From Eledone cirrhosa (Eukaryota), in assembly GCA_964016885.1 (NCBI GenBank), contig OZ024742.1, forward strand, positions 253,394,001-253,458,000: a DNA stretch of 64,000 nt. Reading direction: 5' to 3'. The position numbers and the translations under genes are program-made. The stretch's first letter is position 1. Every line of letters begins with the position of its first letter. The notes under the pieces are model-generated. The model ran no database searches and had not been told where the DNA came from. It saw only the letters and a list, made by a program, of their open reading frames with translations. This document shows positions 1 to 14,492 of the stretch, in pieces.

Positions 1-59
1 AGAATGACCTTCCCAAAGTATAACGGAAAAAAAAAAGAAAGGAATTTATTCAATCCATG

Positions 60-790
60 TAACAATTACCATTTTGTTCTAGCATCTTCTGCTATCTCAT
101 GGGAATATCCATCACAATTTCCTGTCTTTACTGCAAAAAACTCTTCTAGATGAATTCTGAAGGTTGAAGGTCTGTCTGTTCAATGATCTTTGAAGAGACC
201 AAAACAGGTGAAAATCTGAAAGTGCAAATCAGGTGAATATGGAGGGTGTGGCAAAAAATTCCCAACCAAGCCCTTCTGCTGTATCTTTAAAGAAAGGTGT
301 GATCTGGCATTGTCATGAGGAAAGACAATGCCCTTACGATTAGCAAATACTGAACACATCTGGTGGATTGCTGCATCAAATGTGTCCAGCTGGTCACAGT
401 ACACATTTGAATTGATGGTCTTGTCCATGGGAAGAAGCTCATAGAAGACAATACCTTTCCAATCCCACCAAATTGAAATCATAACCTTCTTTAGAGGAAG
501 CCCTGTTTTGGAGGTTTTTGTGGTTGTTTGCTGTTCTTCCCTTATGATTGTTTGCACTCCACATTATTATAGAGGATCCATTTTTCGCACCCTGTCACCA
601 TTCTCTTTAGAAAAGAATTGTTTTTGTCACATTTCTGCAATGAATCACAGATGGAAATCAGTTAGGTGAGGTTATCCTCCTTCAATTGATATGGGACCCA
701 AACATTAAGCCTACTGACAAAACCAGTTTGATGTAGATGATTTTCAACACTCAATTTATATACTTAGAGAATATCTGTAATCATTCTGGT
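60..790 (-). mobile_element. Degraded mariner (Tc1/mariner) transposase remnant
   Basis: ORF 180-557 has KKVMISIWWDWKGIVFYELL, HDNARSH and PHPPYSPDL. An upstream frame gives VTGCEKWILYNN (TGDEKW motif). Frameshifted. Confidence 0.85.
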
Positions 791-1219
791 CATATAACAC
801 TTGTGATGATGTCCGTAGAGATCTCCAACTGAAACAAACACTCTCCTCCTCCTTTTTTGTATGTGTGAACGTAGGTGATGCATATGTTTTTATATATGTG
901 GATATACATAACCCTCCTGTGGTGTAGGGAAAGCTGTGTGCTCTTCTAATATATTATATACATGTACATTTCCCTCTCCACACTCACTCACTAGAGTAAA
1001 TGCTATACTAGATAGACCAGAAATCAAGGGTAGCTTATGCAAATTTCAATGGACCTAGTGACTGGTGGTGACAACATCTGAGCAACAACACAATACAGTA
1101 CATGAAAGAACCTAACATGCATGTTAATCCTTTGATTATCATCAAGCTGTGACACAGTACTTCTATCCTTCAAACTCAGGAAAATTGCAAGACTCTCATG
1201 CAGCTCCCTTTTCAAGTAT

Positions 1220-2185
1220 CAAATTTCAGATTTGCTACCATGAATGTCAGAACAATGAAAAGTAAGTGAGGTGTGACTGGGGAGAAGCTAGAGTGGAGAC
1301 AAGTAGATATGTACTATGTGTAAAAAGGAAAGTTAGAGCAGTGCTTCGGCCAGATTCACCACAGGAAAGGAAAATCAGTACAAATTCTTCTGGGTGAGTT
1401 GCAATAATGGGGTGGGTGGGGTTTAAATAGTACTAGCTGACAGCCACTATACTATCCATATATACCCAACAAGCTCAACTTGTAGATGAGCAGGAAAACC
1501 ACTTCTATGAGGTCTGCTGCAGACTACTCAATGACAAATGACAGTGATCTCATTATTGCAGCTAGTGACTTCAATTGACATGTTGGGAAACATCATGATA
1601 ACTTTACCAGTGTGCATGGACGCTATGGGTATGGTATAACAAATAAGGAGGAGGTTAGCTTTCTGTAGTTCTGTGATGCTTTCAACCTTACCAGCCACAA
1701 TACAAACTTCAGAAAATGAGCCAGCCACTTGAATGCCTACCAATCAGGAAGGTATACAAGCCAAATAGACTTAGTTTTTACAAGGAAATGAGACAGGAAA
1801 ATGATTGTAAATGCCACGTCCCTTCTTGTATAAGAATGTACATCCCTATATAGATTAACTGTCAGTGATCTTAGAATAAGGGTTAGAAGGACCAAGAGAA
1901 AAAAGTCAGTCTAGAGAAGAAAGACATGGACGTTGAGGGAACCATTTGCAGGTACCAACTTCAGAGAAATCCTACTTGGTGCCTAAACTAGTAAGAAAGA
2001 GAAGACAGAGACACATAACATAGATAAAAATTGGGAATTTCTATGGGATAACCTACTGGAAGGCACAAACCAGATCAGCAGCTGGATTGAGGACCCAGCA
2101 AGATGAAGGGTGATGTGGTTGTGATATAAGAGAGTGAGTAAAACCTTGGAAACAAAAAGACAAGACTGGAAAAATTGGAGGAAAG
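1220..2185 (+). mobile_element. Highly degraded RTE-type LINE, APE endonuclease region
   Basis: Broken-frame motifs ATMNVRTM, IAASDFN*HVG, NTNFRK and SQIDLV. Similar to the 6690-7452 copy. Confidence 0.7.
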
Positions 2186-2905
2186 AGTGTAGTATAGTGT
2201 GGTGTAATGTAGTGTGGTGTATCGTAGTGTGGTGTAGTGTGGTGTAGTTTAAAATGATGTAGTGTAGTGTAGTGTAATGTAATGTTGTGTGGTGTGGTGT
2301 AGTGTAGTGGGTGTAATGTAATGTCATGTGGTGTAGTATTGTGTAGTGTAATATAATGTGGTGTGTCTAGTGTAGTTTGATGTAGTGTTGTGAGATGTGG
2401 TGTAGTGTAATGTAATGTCATATAATATTGGGTGGCAGAGTGTGGTGTGGTGGGGTGTAGTGTAGTGTGGTGTGATGAATATGGTATGGTTTGGTGTGAT
2501 GTGGTGTGGTATAGTGTTATGTGGGGAAGTGTAGAGTGATGTGGTGTAGTGTAGTGTGGTTTAATGTGGTGTGGTATAGTGTAGTGTAGTGTAATGGGGT
2601 GTAGTGTAGTGTGATGTAGTGTAGTTTAATGTAATGTTGTGTGGTGTAGTATAGTGCAGTTTGGTGTAGTGTAGTTTGGTGTGGTCTAATGTAGTGTAGA
2701 GCAGTTTGTATGGTGTAGTTCAGTATAGTTTTGTGTGGTGTTATATGGCGTAGAGTAGTATAGTGATGTAGAGTAGTCTAGTTGGTGTGGTGTAGTGTAG
2801 TTTAGTGTGGTGTAGTGTAGTTTGGTGTGGTGTAGTGTGGTGTAATGTAGTTTGGTGTGGTGTAGTGTAGTGTAGTTTAGTGTGGTGTAGTGTAGTTTGG
2901 TATAG
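2186..2905. repeat. Degenerate pentanucleotide (GTGTA/GTGTG)n microsatellite
   Basis: Directly visible repeat. It generates the spurious H/T/Y-rich ORFs. Confidence 0.95.
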
Positions 2906-3309
2906 TGGATAGTTTTTTTACACCATAAAGTCTCGCAAGTTTTCAATATTTCATCATTTCCATATTACTGTTAGTTTGTTTTATCTCGAAGGAGTTTAAT
3001 TCTTACTTGCTGGCACCACAATGGAGATTAAACCTGTCCTTTGCTTATGCAGCAATTCTTGGCATATCATTGATTATGCTTTTCAATAGTGTTTGGCAAA
3101 TTGCAGATGCTTGTTTCTCTCAAACTGCCATCTAATCGCATTGTTTCTATATGAGAAAGTATACCACTTAAGAAATTTTGGAAGAACTCACTTTACAACC
3201 ACACGGTTCTGGGTTCAGTCCCACTGTGCAGCAGCTTGGGCAAATGATTTCTACTATATCATCAGATTGGAGTGGAGTTTAATAGACAGAAACTGCAGAA
3301 GATTGTTAC

Positions 3310-3460
3310 ATTATGAGTTCAAATCCTACCAAGGTCAATTTAGCTTTTCATCACCCTGTATCGATAAAATAAAGTACCAATAAAGTCCTGGTGTTGATTT
3401 AATCAACTTTGTCTTGTCTGCAAATTTGCTGGTCTTGTGTCTATAAGGAAAATCAATATT
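3310..3460 (+). mobile_element. Degraded Nin/Deu-domain-like SINE
   Basis: gagttcaaatcc B-box, then gcttttcatc...tcgataaaataaagtacca and a gctggtcttgtg tail shared with other copies. Confidence 0.7.
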
Positions 3461-3907
3461 ATCATTATTGTTGATGTTAGTGTTGTTACTCTCACTAAGA
3501 CTATTTCTTTTTAATTTTCTCTATACTCTTCTTTACATCCATTCTATGAAACAGTTGATGTCTTACAGATGTTGCACATAAATATTTTATTCCTTTTATT
3601 TCCATTTTAACCTCTTTCATACACACCTAGCTGAAACTGCTCCTGGTTCTATGATACACAATATTTTATTTTAAAGTGTTTATAGTTAAATTCTATACTT
3701 TCCATCATAATTTCATCAGAGAAATATTTTAAACTTATGTTTTGAATAGTATCTTAACCCTGTTGTTACCATATTTCTAATGACAGATATTTTCTATGAT
3801 TTTCAAATAATATTGAAAATAATTACAAAATTGCAAGGAATTAGTAATATAACTTCTCAGCTAGTATTTGTAATATAATATCACAAAGGCTCTTATACAA
3901 TACTATA

Positions 3908-4096
3908 ATTGTTTCTACTTTAGCACAAGGCCAGCAATTATCCCAGTGTAATACTGGTGCTTTATTTTATCGACCCCGTGAAGATGAAAGGCAAAGTTAA
4001 CCTTGGTGGGATTTGAACTCAGACCATAAAGGGCCGTACCTCTTTGCGGTAAAGCATGGCGTCAGACCCTCCACTGATACTGCCAATCTTCTGCCT
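3908..4096 (-). mobile_element. tRNA-headed Nin/Deu-domain-like SINE with target-site duplication
   Basis: Reverse complement of the family at 16416 and 42208. Flanked by duplicated ctcttatacaa (3890-3900 and 4095-4105). Confidence 0.85.
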
Positions 4097-4464
4097 CTTA
4101 TACAAAATTATAGTGGAAGGGATTTAGATAAATAAAAATACTTTAATCTTAGTTATGTTACTAAATCCCTCTAAATTCTTGAATATTTGCAAAATTTATA
4201 GTAAATTATAAGCAGTGTATTTTTTTTGAAATATGGTAATGAAAAGGTTTACATATTCTTTGCTTAATAAAATGGCTGTGTCTGATTTGAAGTGTAAATA
4301 TGTTTCTCCTGTAACATTTATAAAATATTTTGCATGGTTTGTTTCTTCTCTATTTTTTCTATTTAAAAGAAAATGAACCTTCATGAATTAATTCACCCAC
4401 GTAAGAAATCTTTTGTGATTTCACTATAAGCTCAGCACACCTAGGCTTTCACTGCTATAGTCTT

Positions 4465-4546
<82 letters not shown>

Positions 4547-4580
4547 TATATATATATGTATATATAAATACATATATATA

Positions 4581-4950
4581 TATATATGCATGTATTTATA
4601 TGCATATTTATCAATATATCAACCTCTCTTTATACATATATAATAGAATAAGAATTTAGCTTCGAACATCGCTGTATACAAATATGTATTTCATATTTCT
4701 AAAGAAATACGGTATGTTTATAAATAAACATTTAGAAAACCATAGTTATGAAAGACACTGGCAGCTAACACCACACAGAACCCGTTGCTTCTGCTCAGCA
4801 GAAGCAAGGGGTTCAATCACCGGTGCATTTCAAACTCGACTGGTTCTCGTCAGGTTGATCTCTCCCACTCTTGCAACTGCCAGACTTTGAAAATAGACGA
4901 AAATGTTTATTTATAAACATACCGTATTTCTTTAGAAATACGAAATTCAA
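4581..4950 (-). mobile_element. (TA)n-flanked PLE pLTR-like remnant with 40-bp inverted repeat and degenerate HHR
   Basis: Inverted repeat 4694-4733/4901-4940. The minus strand reads tcaac CTGACGA gaac..gttt GAAA tgcaccggtg attga. Confidence 0.5.
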
Positions 4951-5000
4951 ATACATACATATATATATACATATATGTATAATGTATGTGTATATGCATG

Positions 5001-5033
<33 letters not shown>

Positions 5034-5238
5034 TGAAAGGATAACAAGGACGATTAGTTACTCCTGTATATTTTTGTCGCTCACAACACTATCACCGCCA
5101 CCCCAAGGCACAACTCCATACCTCAATACCTCAACATTCATTAACTTCGTCAACATCGCCAACACATTCCTTCCCTCTCGAACCAACGCAAGTGTGTGTC
5201 TGTGTGTAAGTATTTTTACATATGTGTGCGTATATATA

Positions 5239-5325
<87 letters not shown>

Positions 5326-5327
<2 letters not shown>

Positions 5328-6252
5328 CAATATGTTGAAAAGGTAACACACCAGAGAGAGATATGCAGTGCGCTATCAATAAAACAGGGAAAAAACCACC
5401 AGTGTATGGAATCTATAACCTATGAAAGGCAGACTATAGACACGATAATTAAAAATATAAATTAAAGCGTAAATAAATACCTCTATAACTATATAACACA
5501 CGTACAAATCCAAAGATATGTTTCACCAGTAATTTGTTGAAAGAAATGGGTTAGCCTCGGTTCATCAGCGTGTGTAAGGCTATACATTTCTGACAACACT
5601 AAGAGAATTTTAAAAGAGGCTGTCCAGCTACACGTGGGAGAGAGAAGTCACAGCGTGTTTAAGGGCAGTGAACCAGTGGCCTCAGAGGGACGAACTGCTA
5701 GAAAGGGCAGCCCAAAGCCACTCAGAGAAGTGTGCTCAACCAAACAGATATAGAAAAGACTGTTATTAGGAGCGAAATATCACGATAAATTAACGGAGGC
5801 ATAGGCCCTCGCTATTCCCTGTAAATAATGTGCTCAAAGGAGAAGAAATCCTGAGCTCTTTAAAATATAATATGTTGAAAAGCTAACACACCAGAGAGAG
5901 ATATACAGTGCGCTATCAATAAAACAGGGAAAAAACCCACCAGTGTATGGAATCTATAACTGGTGAAACATATCTTTGGATTTGTACGTGTGTTATATAG
6001 TTATAGAGGTATTTATTTACGCTTTAATTTATATTTTTAATTATCGTGTCTATAGTCTGCCTTTCATAGGTTATAGACTCCATACACTGGTGGTTTTTTC
6101 CCTGTTTTATTGATAACGCACTGTATCTCTCTGTCTAGTGTGTTACCTTTTCAACATATTGTATTTTAAAGAGCTCAGGATTTCTTCTCCTTTGAGCACA
6201 TTATTTACAGGGAATAGCGAGTGCCTATGCCTCCGTTAATTTATCGTGATAT
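5326..6252 (-). mobile_element. Retrozyme-like / non-autonomous PLE module: 540-bp unit, partial tandem copy and inverted junction copy
   Basis: 5329-5419 recurs at 5869-5960 (period 540). 5959-6252 is the reverse complement of unit end joined to unit start. Contains an HHR, is (TA)n-flanked and has no credible ORF. Confidence 0.75.
5496..5575 (-). ncRNA. Type I hammerhead ribozyme
   Basis: acacacg CTGATGA acc...ggt GAAA catatctttggatttg TA cgtgtgt: 7-bp stem I, canonical core, GUA cleavage triplet. Confidence 0.8.
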
Positions 6253-6689
6253 ATATTTGTTTATGTACATGTATATCTGTGTGTACGTGTATGTGTGTGT
6301 GTATGTGTGTATGTATGTGTATGTCTATATGTACAACACCATCTCCATGGTTTTCATCCTCCTTCTATCTTTGTACTACGCCACCCCCACCGATACTCCT
6401 CCCCTCTCTCTATATATCCACACGCACGCATGCGCATATATATATATATATGTGTGTATATATGCATATAGATATATGTACGGGTGGATCTATGTATGGG
6501 TGTGTATGTATATATGTCAGTACATGTGCGCATGTATATATATACAACGTATTTGTCAGACTAAGAGTGTCTAGGTATGCATCTCCCCATGGACTTGACA
6601 CCACCAACACATCCACCACACCACCACAAAAGCCACTACCATAAACAACAACACCACACCCCCACACAATAACCAGCCACAAACATGCT

Positions 6690-7566
<877 letters not shown>

Positions 7567-7605
7567 CACATACATATAAATATATATATATAAATATATA
7601 TATAC

Positions 7606-7949
<344 letters not shown>

Positions 7950-8033
7950 AATATACTCCAAATACTTGTCGAGTGCTTTTATATCAGTTATAAATATTTA
8001 CTAGTTGTAACCCAACAATTTAAATATAACTTT

Positions 8034-8075
<42 letters not shown>

Positions 8076-8173
8076 TACGAGGACCGGAATTAACAGTATT
8101 CAGCAGTTCACAGTAATAATAATAATATTACCTCAAAGAAGAATAAAGAATTTTCTTCTGAGCTCAAGTACAA

Positions 8174-8503
8174 ATATATTACACAAGAGAAGTCTGTTAC
8201 ACAGTGAGATGTGTGTAAATAATTATTACAAGTGAGTTTTACCGTTACTGTATAGAAAACAATATCTACAGGTTAGCAATTAAATAGAGAAAAACTAAGT
8301 CAGAATCAAATCTCTGCAGTAGAGTGCAAACTTATAGTTATAAGGTTGGTAATTTAAAACTCTACTTCAGAGATTAGATTCAGACTTAGTTTTTCTCTAT
8401 TTAATTGCTAACCAGTAGATATTGTTCTCTATACAGTAACGGTAAAACTCACTTGTAATAATTCTTTACACACATCTCACTGTGTAACACACTTCTCTTT
8501 GTG

Positions 8504-8511
<8 letters not shown>
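8174..8511. repeat. Imperfect long inverted repeat (~152-bp arms, 33-nt spacer)
   Basis: 8174-8325 versus 8359-8511: 7 substitutions and 1 indel. Lies between (TA)n tracts. Confidence 0.92.
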
Positions 8512-8532
<21 letters not shown>

Positions 8533-8538
<6 letters not shown>

Positions 8539-9325
8539 AATAATGGAGCTGCGGCGTTGCAAATGGGTTACATATGAAAAAGTTTGTCCTTCATCAGTGG
8601 CCTTCCAACCGTCGTAGGTATTTCGTCGCTTTAAAGGCCATATACCTCAGGTTGGTGCGAGCAACGGCTAAAAAAAGTCGTTGGGACACGTAAATAAAGG
8701 GGACGCTAGGGTAAACAAACAAAATGGTTTAAGCAACAGAAAGTGATGAAGAAGAAAGAAACAAGTCCCAGATTTCTATGAATATAAATTCGGTGGAATC
8801 GTGAACGAGAGAATAAAGACCATCAAACCTGGTTGAAATGTGAGCAAGGAAGGAATTTCGCACAGGTCTAACGGGAGGAAGAAGGGGTCTGGTCTGCGAA
8901 TTCGGTAAACATAAGTTCTGTGAAGTCGCAGACGAGAGAGAGAGAGAGAGAGAGAATTCATACCGGCTTGGCCAAGTACGCGCGAGAAAAGGATTACGGA
9001 CAGGTCAAACGGGAAGAAAGGGGAGGAGGAGGAGAGGTAGTGACAGAGAATGAGTGAGTGAAAGGTGAGGAAGAGGCTAACAGAGAGAGAGAGAGACTGC
9101 TAGAAAGGGTAAAGATACAAAGAACGAAACAGACGGGTAGCAGCGGAGGAAAAAATATGTGTAAATATGATAATAATGGAGCTGCGGCGTTGCAAATGGG
9201 TTACATATGAAAAAGTTTGTCCTTCATCAGTGGCCTTCCAACCGTCGTAGGCATTTCTGGTTGAAATGTGAGCAAGGAAGGAATTTCGCACAGGTCTAAC
9301 GGGAGGAAGAAGGGGTCTTGTCTTC
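8533..9325. repeat. ~633-bp non-coding unit with partial tandem repeat
   Basis: 8533-8625 recurs at 9166-9257, followed directly by a copy of 8829-8895. Starts at (TA)n. Confidence 0.85.
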
Positions 9326-9433
9326 GCATTTTCTCATTATTAGGGTATAAATGTTGAGTTTTCTCATATGTTAATCACTACCTTGATTAAATCTTAACCA
9401 TCTAATATGTCAGGGTATGTCATGTATCATTAT

Positions 9434-9486
9434 ATTTTGTCTGATGAGGACGTACTGTTGTACCTCTGAAATATGTATAATAAAAT
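9434..9486 (+). ncRNA. Minimal type I hammerhead ribozyme in a solo pLTR-like remnant
   Basis: attttgt CTGATGA gg.gtac tgtt gtac ctct GAAA tatgta TA ataaaat, followed by (TA)n at ~9533. Confidence 0.75.
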
Positions 9487-9605
9487 TTAATTGATCAAAA
9501 GAACATCTATTTTATTAATATTTGAATTTTAATATATATATATATATATACGTGGGAAAGTAAGAAATCGGAGAATAGACCGTTAAAACATGTTTATTTA
9601 AAACA

Positions 9606-9647
9606 GCACCTACGTACATTTCGCCCAGTTGGGCTTCTCAAGGGCAT
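9606..9647 (-). ncRNA. Variant minimal hammerhead ribozyme (CUUGAGAA core)
   Basis: tgcc CTTGAGAA gccc aact gggc GAAA tgtacg TA ggtg. Near-palindromic stem III, in the PLE 3' pLTR. Confidence 0.65.
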
Positions 9648-10022
9648 AAATAACCAAAAGTGTTCCTTACATTGCTCGGAAAGAGATTTTGGGGTTAAAT
9701 TCACGTCAAGGTTCATTGCTCGCAAAAATAGCTTATTTTGATTTTGCAGCAGGTCAAGGGAGGTAACTCTGGCCGGTGTTAGGGCAGTCTTTCCCGGACA
9801 AATTTTTTATCCGCTACAAGATGAGGTTACAGCCTTACCATTGTCGATACGCACAGGACCATGTAACCAACGCTTATTTTGAGACATTTGTTTTTCCGCA
9901 TCTGTTTGTCTGAGTCGTTTGAGGCTGGGTCTGGTGTGCAAGGTTAGTTTCCTGGGTGTTATTTAGCAGCGCCTGCCCGCCGGGGTGTTAAGACTTGTTG
10001 CAGGGAGATCCGGTGCACGTTT

Positions 10023-10589
10023 TCACTTCTCATCCTTAACCCATCTGAAGAAGGATATTTTTAAGCGATGTGGACAACTTATCGCTGTTTCAGCTCTGCT
10101 GTTGATGAGCTCGTGGGGTGCAGTTATGATGTGGTAGAGCTCCATGAGGCAAATATCGCATTTCCTCTTGAAGTTGTACGGTGCAGCCCTGCCGACAATA
10201 TCCCAGTGCGTGGAGAAGCTGATGTTTAAGTCCTTTAGTGATGTGATGTAGTCCGCGAGCGAAGTGGAGTGTCTTAGTTTTTTATTTGTGAAAGAGTGGA
10301 GATGTGTTCGAAACCTAATTTTGAACGGGTCGGAAGTAGCCCCTATATAATGTTTAACGCTATTGTGGCTAGTTACAGTGCATCTATATATAACCCTATC
10401 AGTCAAGCAGTATCCTCTAAGGGGGCAGCGTCCTCTGTCGCGGCAGTTGCAATTTCTGTCGCGGTTCCATCTATTTCCCACGGTAAGACTATCATTGTTG
10501 CTGCCTACGTTGTTACCTACGCTACCGCAGCTGTCGTTAGCACCATTACAACCCACAGCACGCGGGGTGGTGCGATTGTTATTCTGCAC
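10023..10589 (-). pseudogene. PLE C-terminal GIY-YIG endonuclease (5'-truncated, frame open)
   Basis: CNCRDRGRCPLRGYCL...VIYRC...HYIGAT..FKIRFRTH..SF...TSLA.YI...CDICLMEL...CPHR. Confidence 0.88.
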
Positions 10590-10917
10590 GTCATGTCCTG
10601 CATGTTCCCCAGTCCTTTCGCGGTTATGCTGGTTGCCTCTGCGGAGGCCGTTGCCAGCACTATTGGATGCTGCCAGGGAGTTGTTAAGGCCGATACGTAG
10701 GTGGTGTTTTAAATAAACATGTTTTAACGGTCTATTCTACGATTTCTTACTTTCCCACGTGTTACGCTCTGCTAACTCTCTAGCCCACTAAATATTAACA
10801 CTTCGAATATTTAATACTGCCGGCACTAGTATCGAGCACCTTTGGCATACGCTACTTGGCAAATAACTATATGTATCACCTATCCTCCCCTTTTTTCTCT
10901 CTCTCGATACGTAAATA

Positions 10918-11456
<539 letters not shown>

Positions 11457-11469
11457 TATATATATATAT

Positions 11470-12420
11470 ATGTATACATAAACATGGTAATTAGTTGTAT
11501 ATATCTTCAAAAATATTTAAAGTTTCGTAGGTCTTTTCTGGTCAGGTTATCACAGCAAATTCCATTATCAGAGCTTGTCCTATACTGCCTAATCATCAGT
11601 TTTGAATGCGTATATTTCTGGAAATGTGGCTGCTTCCGGCTTTCATATGATCAAAATAAATGAAATATAACTTTTTTCTTTTTTTTCCTATCCAAGCGAG
11701 TCTACTCTGTGCTGCTATAATGGGAAGTCATTTTCCTTTGCAAACTAAGCTATTATAAGTAGAAAATATTCTATATGCAGATCTATGTGTATCACACAAT
11801 GAAAATATATACAAAATGTTCTTGTATACTGCAGTTTAGCTCTGTATGAGTTTGCTAGTATATAGGTGTGTTATTGTTATCTGTATATCTATGATAATAT
11901 ATGCATAAGTAATAAAAACGCACACATAAAATGTATACAGACATAGCATCAGTTAGTTGTGTGTCTTAAAATGATGTGAGTTGTCCACGTGGCCTGATTA
12001 ATAGTGTTGCATATATAGCTACACACATACATACATGTAGACACGTATACATTAGCTGGAATATCAATGGTATTTTCTTGCATAAGGGTTATGTTAAGTG
12101 TATCAAACAAAAGTTCAGTCTATCTTCCTGATTGCCTGGGGGCTCTCATTGGGGGTGCTGTTCAATCATATGGTAGGTGTTGGCTCACTTATTAAGTGTA
12201 TATGAGCCACGGTTTTCTTAGCATACTGTAGGCTTTGTTTCGTCTGGCAACCAGGAACAAAGGATAAATTTGAACTGTGTAGGCAGGATTTGCATGTTTC
12301 ATTTCTGGCATTCAGGCAGAAGTTAGGTTCAAGTCATTTCTTCAAAATTAGTCTCCTTTTTGCATTGAATAGTCACATTTCCTGGTTCTGTTGATAAAAA
12401 GCTTATATCTTTCTGCTATC
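11470..12420 (-). mobile_element. Very degraded PLE 3' end with degenerate HHR (11506-11606)
   Basis: Minus strand ttcaaaa CTGATGA ttagg...cctac GAAA ctttaaa TA tttttgaa. Weak GIY-YIG-end-like residues near 12090-12140. Confidence 0.45.
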
Positions 12421-12617
12421 CCCCAGCTTAACAAATGAAAAAAAGACTATTCTACGTGATATGTGTGTAGAGATATACAATATATATGCTTTTACATCTC
12501 AGTGCTTGTCGTGTTTACTAATACATGCATACATCCATCCATCCATACATACATACGAACATACATACACATGATAAGATATTGCACAGTTCATGCTAAC
12601 CAAATTCCATTCACAAG

Positions 12618-12662
<45 letters not shown>

Positions 12663-13904
12663 CGTGTGTGTGTGTGTGAGTGTATGTAGATATTATGTGT
12701 GTGTGTGTATATATATATATATACAGTTAAATAGTAAAAGTGTATTTAAAGAATCTCTTTTTCTTTAATCAGACAAAACAAATATTTCTATGTTTAGTAT
12801 ATCAAGTAGATTCAAGCTTCATCAAATATTTTTACCAGTTTTGATTAATTACAACAAACTTTTCAAATAATAATAAATTGTAACAAATTAATTTCTCATA
12901 TTTTGTAAATTTTTAAACATTTCGTTATTTTCTATCTGAAGCTCCTCCTTATATATATTTTTATGGAGATGAGCTGGTGGGGGTGGATGTAGAGTTCAAA
13001 AGTTCTGGATTCAATTTGATTCAATAGAAATTCCTAGAGTTTACTTTAGTCAAATAAAAATAAAAATACAAATAACAGTAAGAGGTCTTGTGCTGTTCTT
13101 TTTTCTGGGTGAGGGGAATGTTACAGCTGTCAAAAAAGATTTTCTAGAATTTCACTAAAATTCGGAAGTTTGGAAAAATTCCAATTTTATATATTTTTAT
13201 CTTGTCTTTGACAATAAATTATCTTGAGAATATGATAGAATTATTTTTATTCTGTGGTGTCTGGTTATAAACATAAATATACATTTAAACATGTGTGTGG
13301 GTACACACATAAGAATGTGGGTACCTTATATTTAGAGTTGCTTTCATCTATAGTTCATTATGCAATATGTAATGGATAACAATTATATGTTTTAGCATGG
13401 CTTTTATTTGATAATAAACTGCTTTTGCTTGTTGACTTTTTGTTGTTCTGTAATTAAATTTAAGCATTTGTAAAAGGGGAATACAGTGTACTCATGGCAT
13501 TCGTGGTCCTGGTTATGCATGGAATTTTCCTTGGAACCTAACTAATAGTTGTTCCTGGAAACTACCGCATATTCACAAAATCGTAAATATCTTCTGTGAT
13601 ATTTTTTATGGAGTTATTCATAGCAATATATATCTTTTTAACGCTAAATTATTAATAACAGTATACTGTATTTGCCTACTACTTCAGGTAAAATGCCCGT
13701 GTCGCCAGACCGAATCTCTGAATACAAGGGAAAAAAATCTGCAGATGACGGGAACTTCAGTTCCATTGGGAAAATGCACACATGAATTGCATATGCATTG
13801 TGCTACTTGTGGTGTAGCTTCCAGGAGTCCCAGAAACCTATCAATGATTTTTATCCATTTCTATTGATTCTAATCAACTAGAGATGATCCAAGTTAGTCT
13901 TCAA

Positions 13905-14102
13905 CCTATTTGTATTTATCGTTGTTGTGGTATAAGTATGGCCCCTGCTTTTGGTCGCTTTTCTTGGTGTCATGCTTTATTAACTTTTGTGTTTTCTCTG
14001 GATGATAATGTATTAACTTCTTGCTCCATTGAGTGCTATGCGACTGCTTCAAACAATTTGATTAGTACCTGCTATAATGTGACTGCAACTTCGATACATA
14101 CC
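13905..14102. repeat. Unclassified dispersed repeat, homologous to 63577-63771
   Basis: Collinear similarity (tttgtatttatc..tataagtatggcc..cttttcttggtgtca..ctctggatga.aatgtattaa). Both copies end next to TA-rich tracts. Confidence 0.8.
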
Positions 14103-14217
14103 CAATATTATATATACACAAGACTCGACTAATACAGAAGACCTGACAAATACCGAAGACCCGACATCCGATGTGTACACCCGAAGCTGAAGCATATAGA
14201 CAACATGCCCCCACCCC

Positions 14218-14492
14218 CTCCCACTGCAAAGTGTTCGTGGAGGTGCCACGGCAAAAAAGCACTCAGCTTGCACTGTAAAGTGGTTGTGTGGGTGCCATGG
14301 AAAAAAAAAGCACCCAGCACTCACTGTAAATGAGGTTGGTGTTAGGAAGAGCATCCAGCTGTAGAAATCAAGCCAGAATCAGTTCCTGTATGAGCAAGTC
14401 AAGGTCAGCTGGTCGGGCACTGCCCACAACAGGACAACCCGTCTAATCTATGCTAGCGTGGAAAAATGCACATAAAACGGTGATGATGATGA
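14218..14492 (+). mobile_element. 5'-truncated SINE body plus RTE-like (GAT)n tail
   Basis: Matches 11210-11388 (gcacccagcactcactgtaaatgaggtt..ccagctgtagaaatcaagccagaatcagttcc). Confidence 0.8.
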
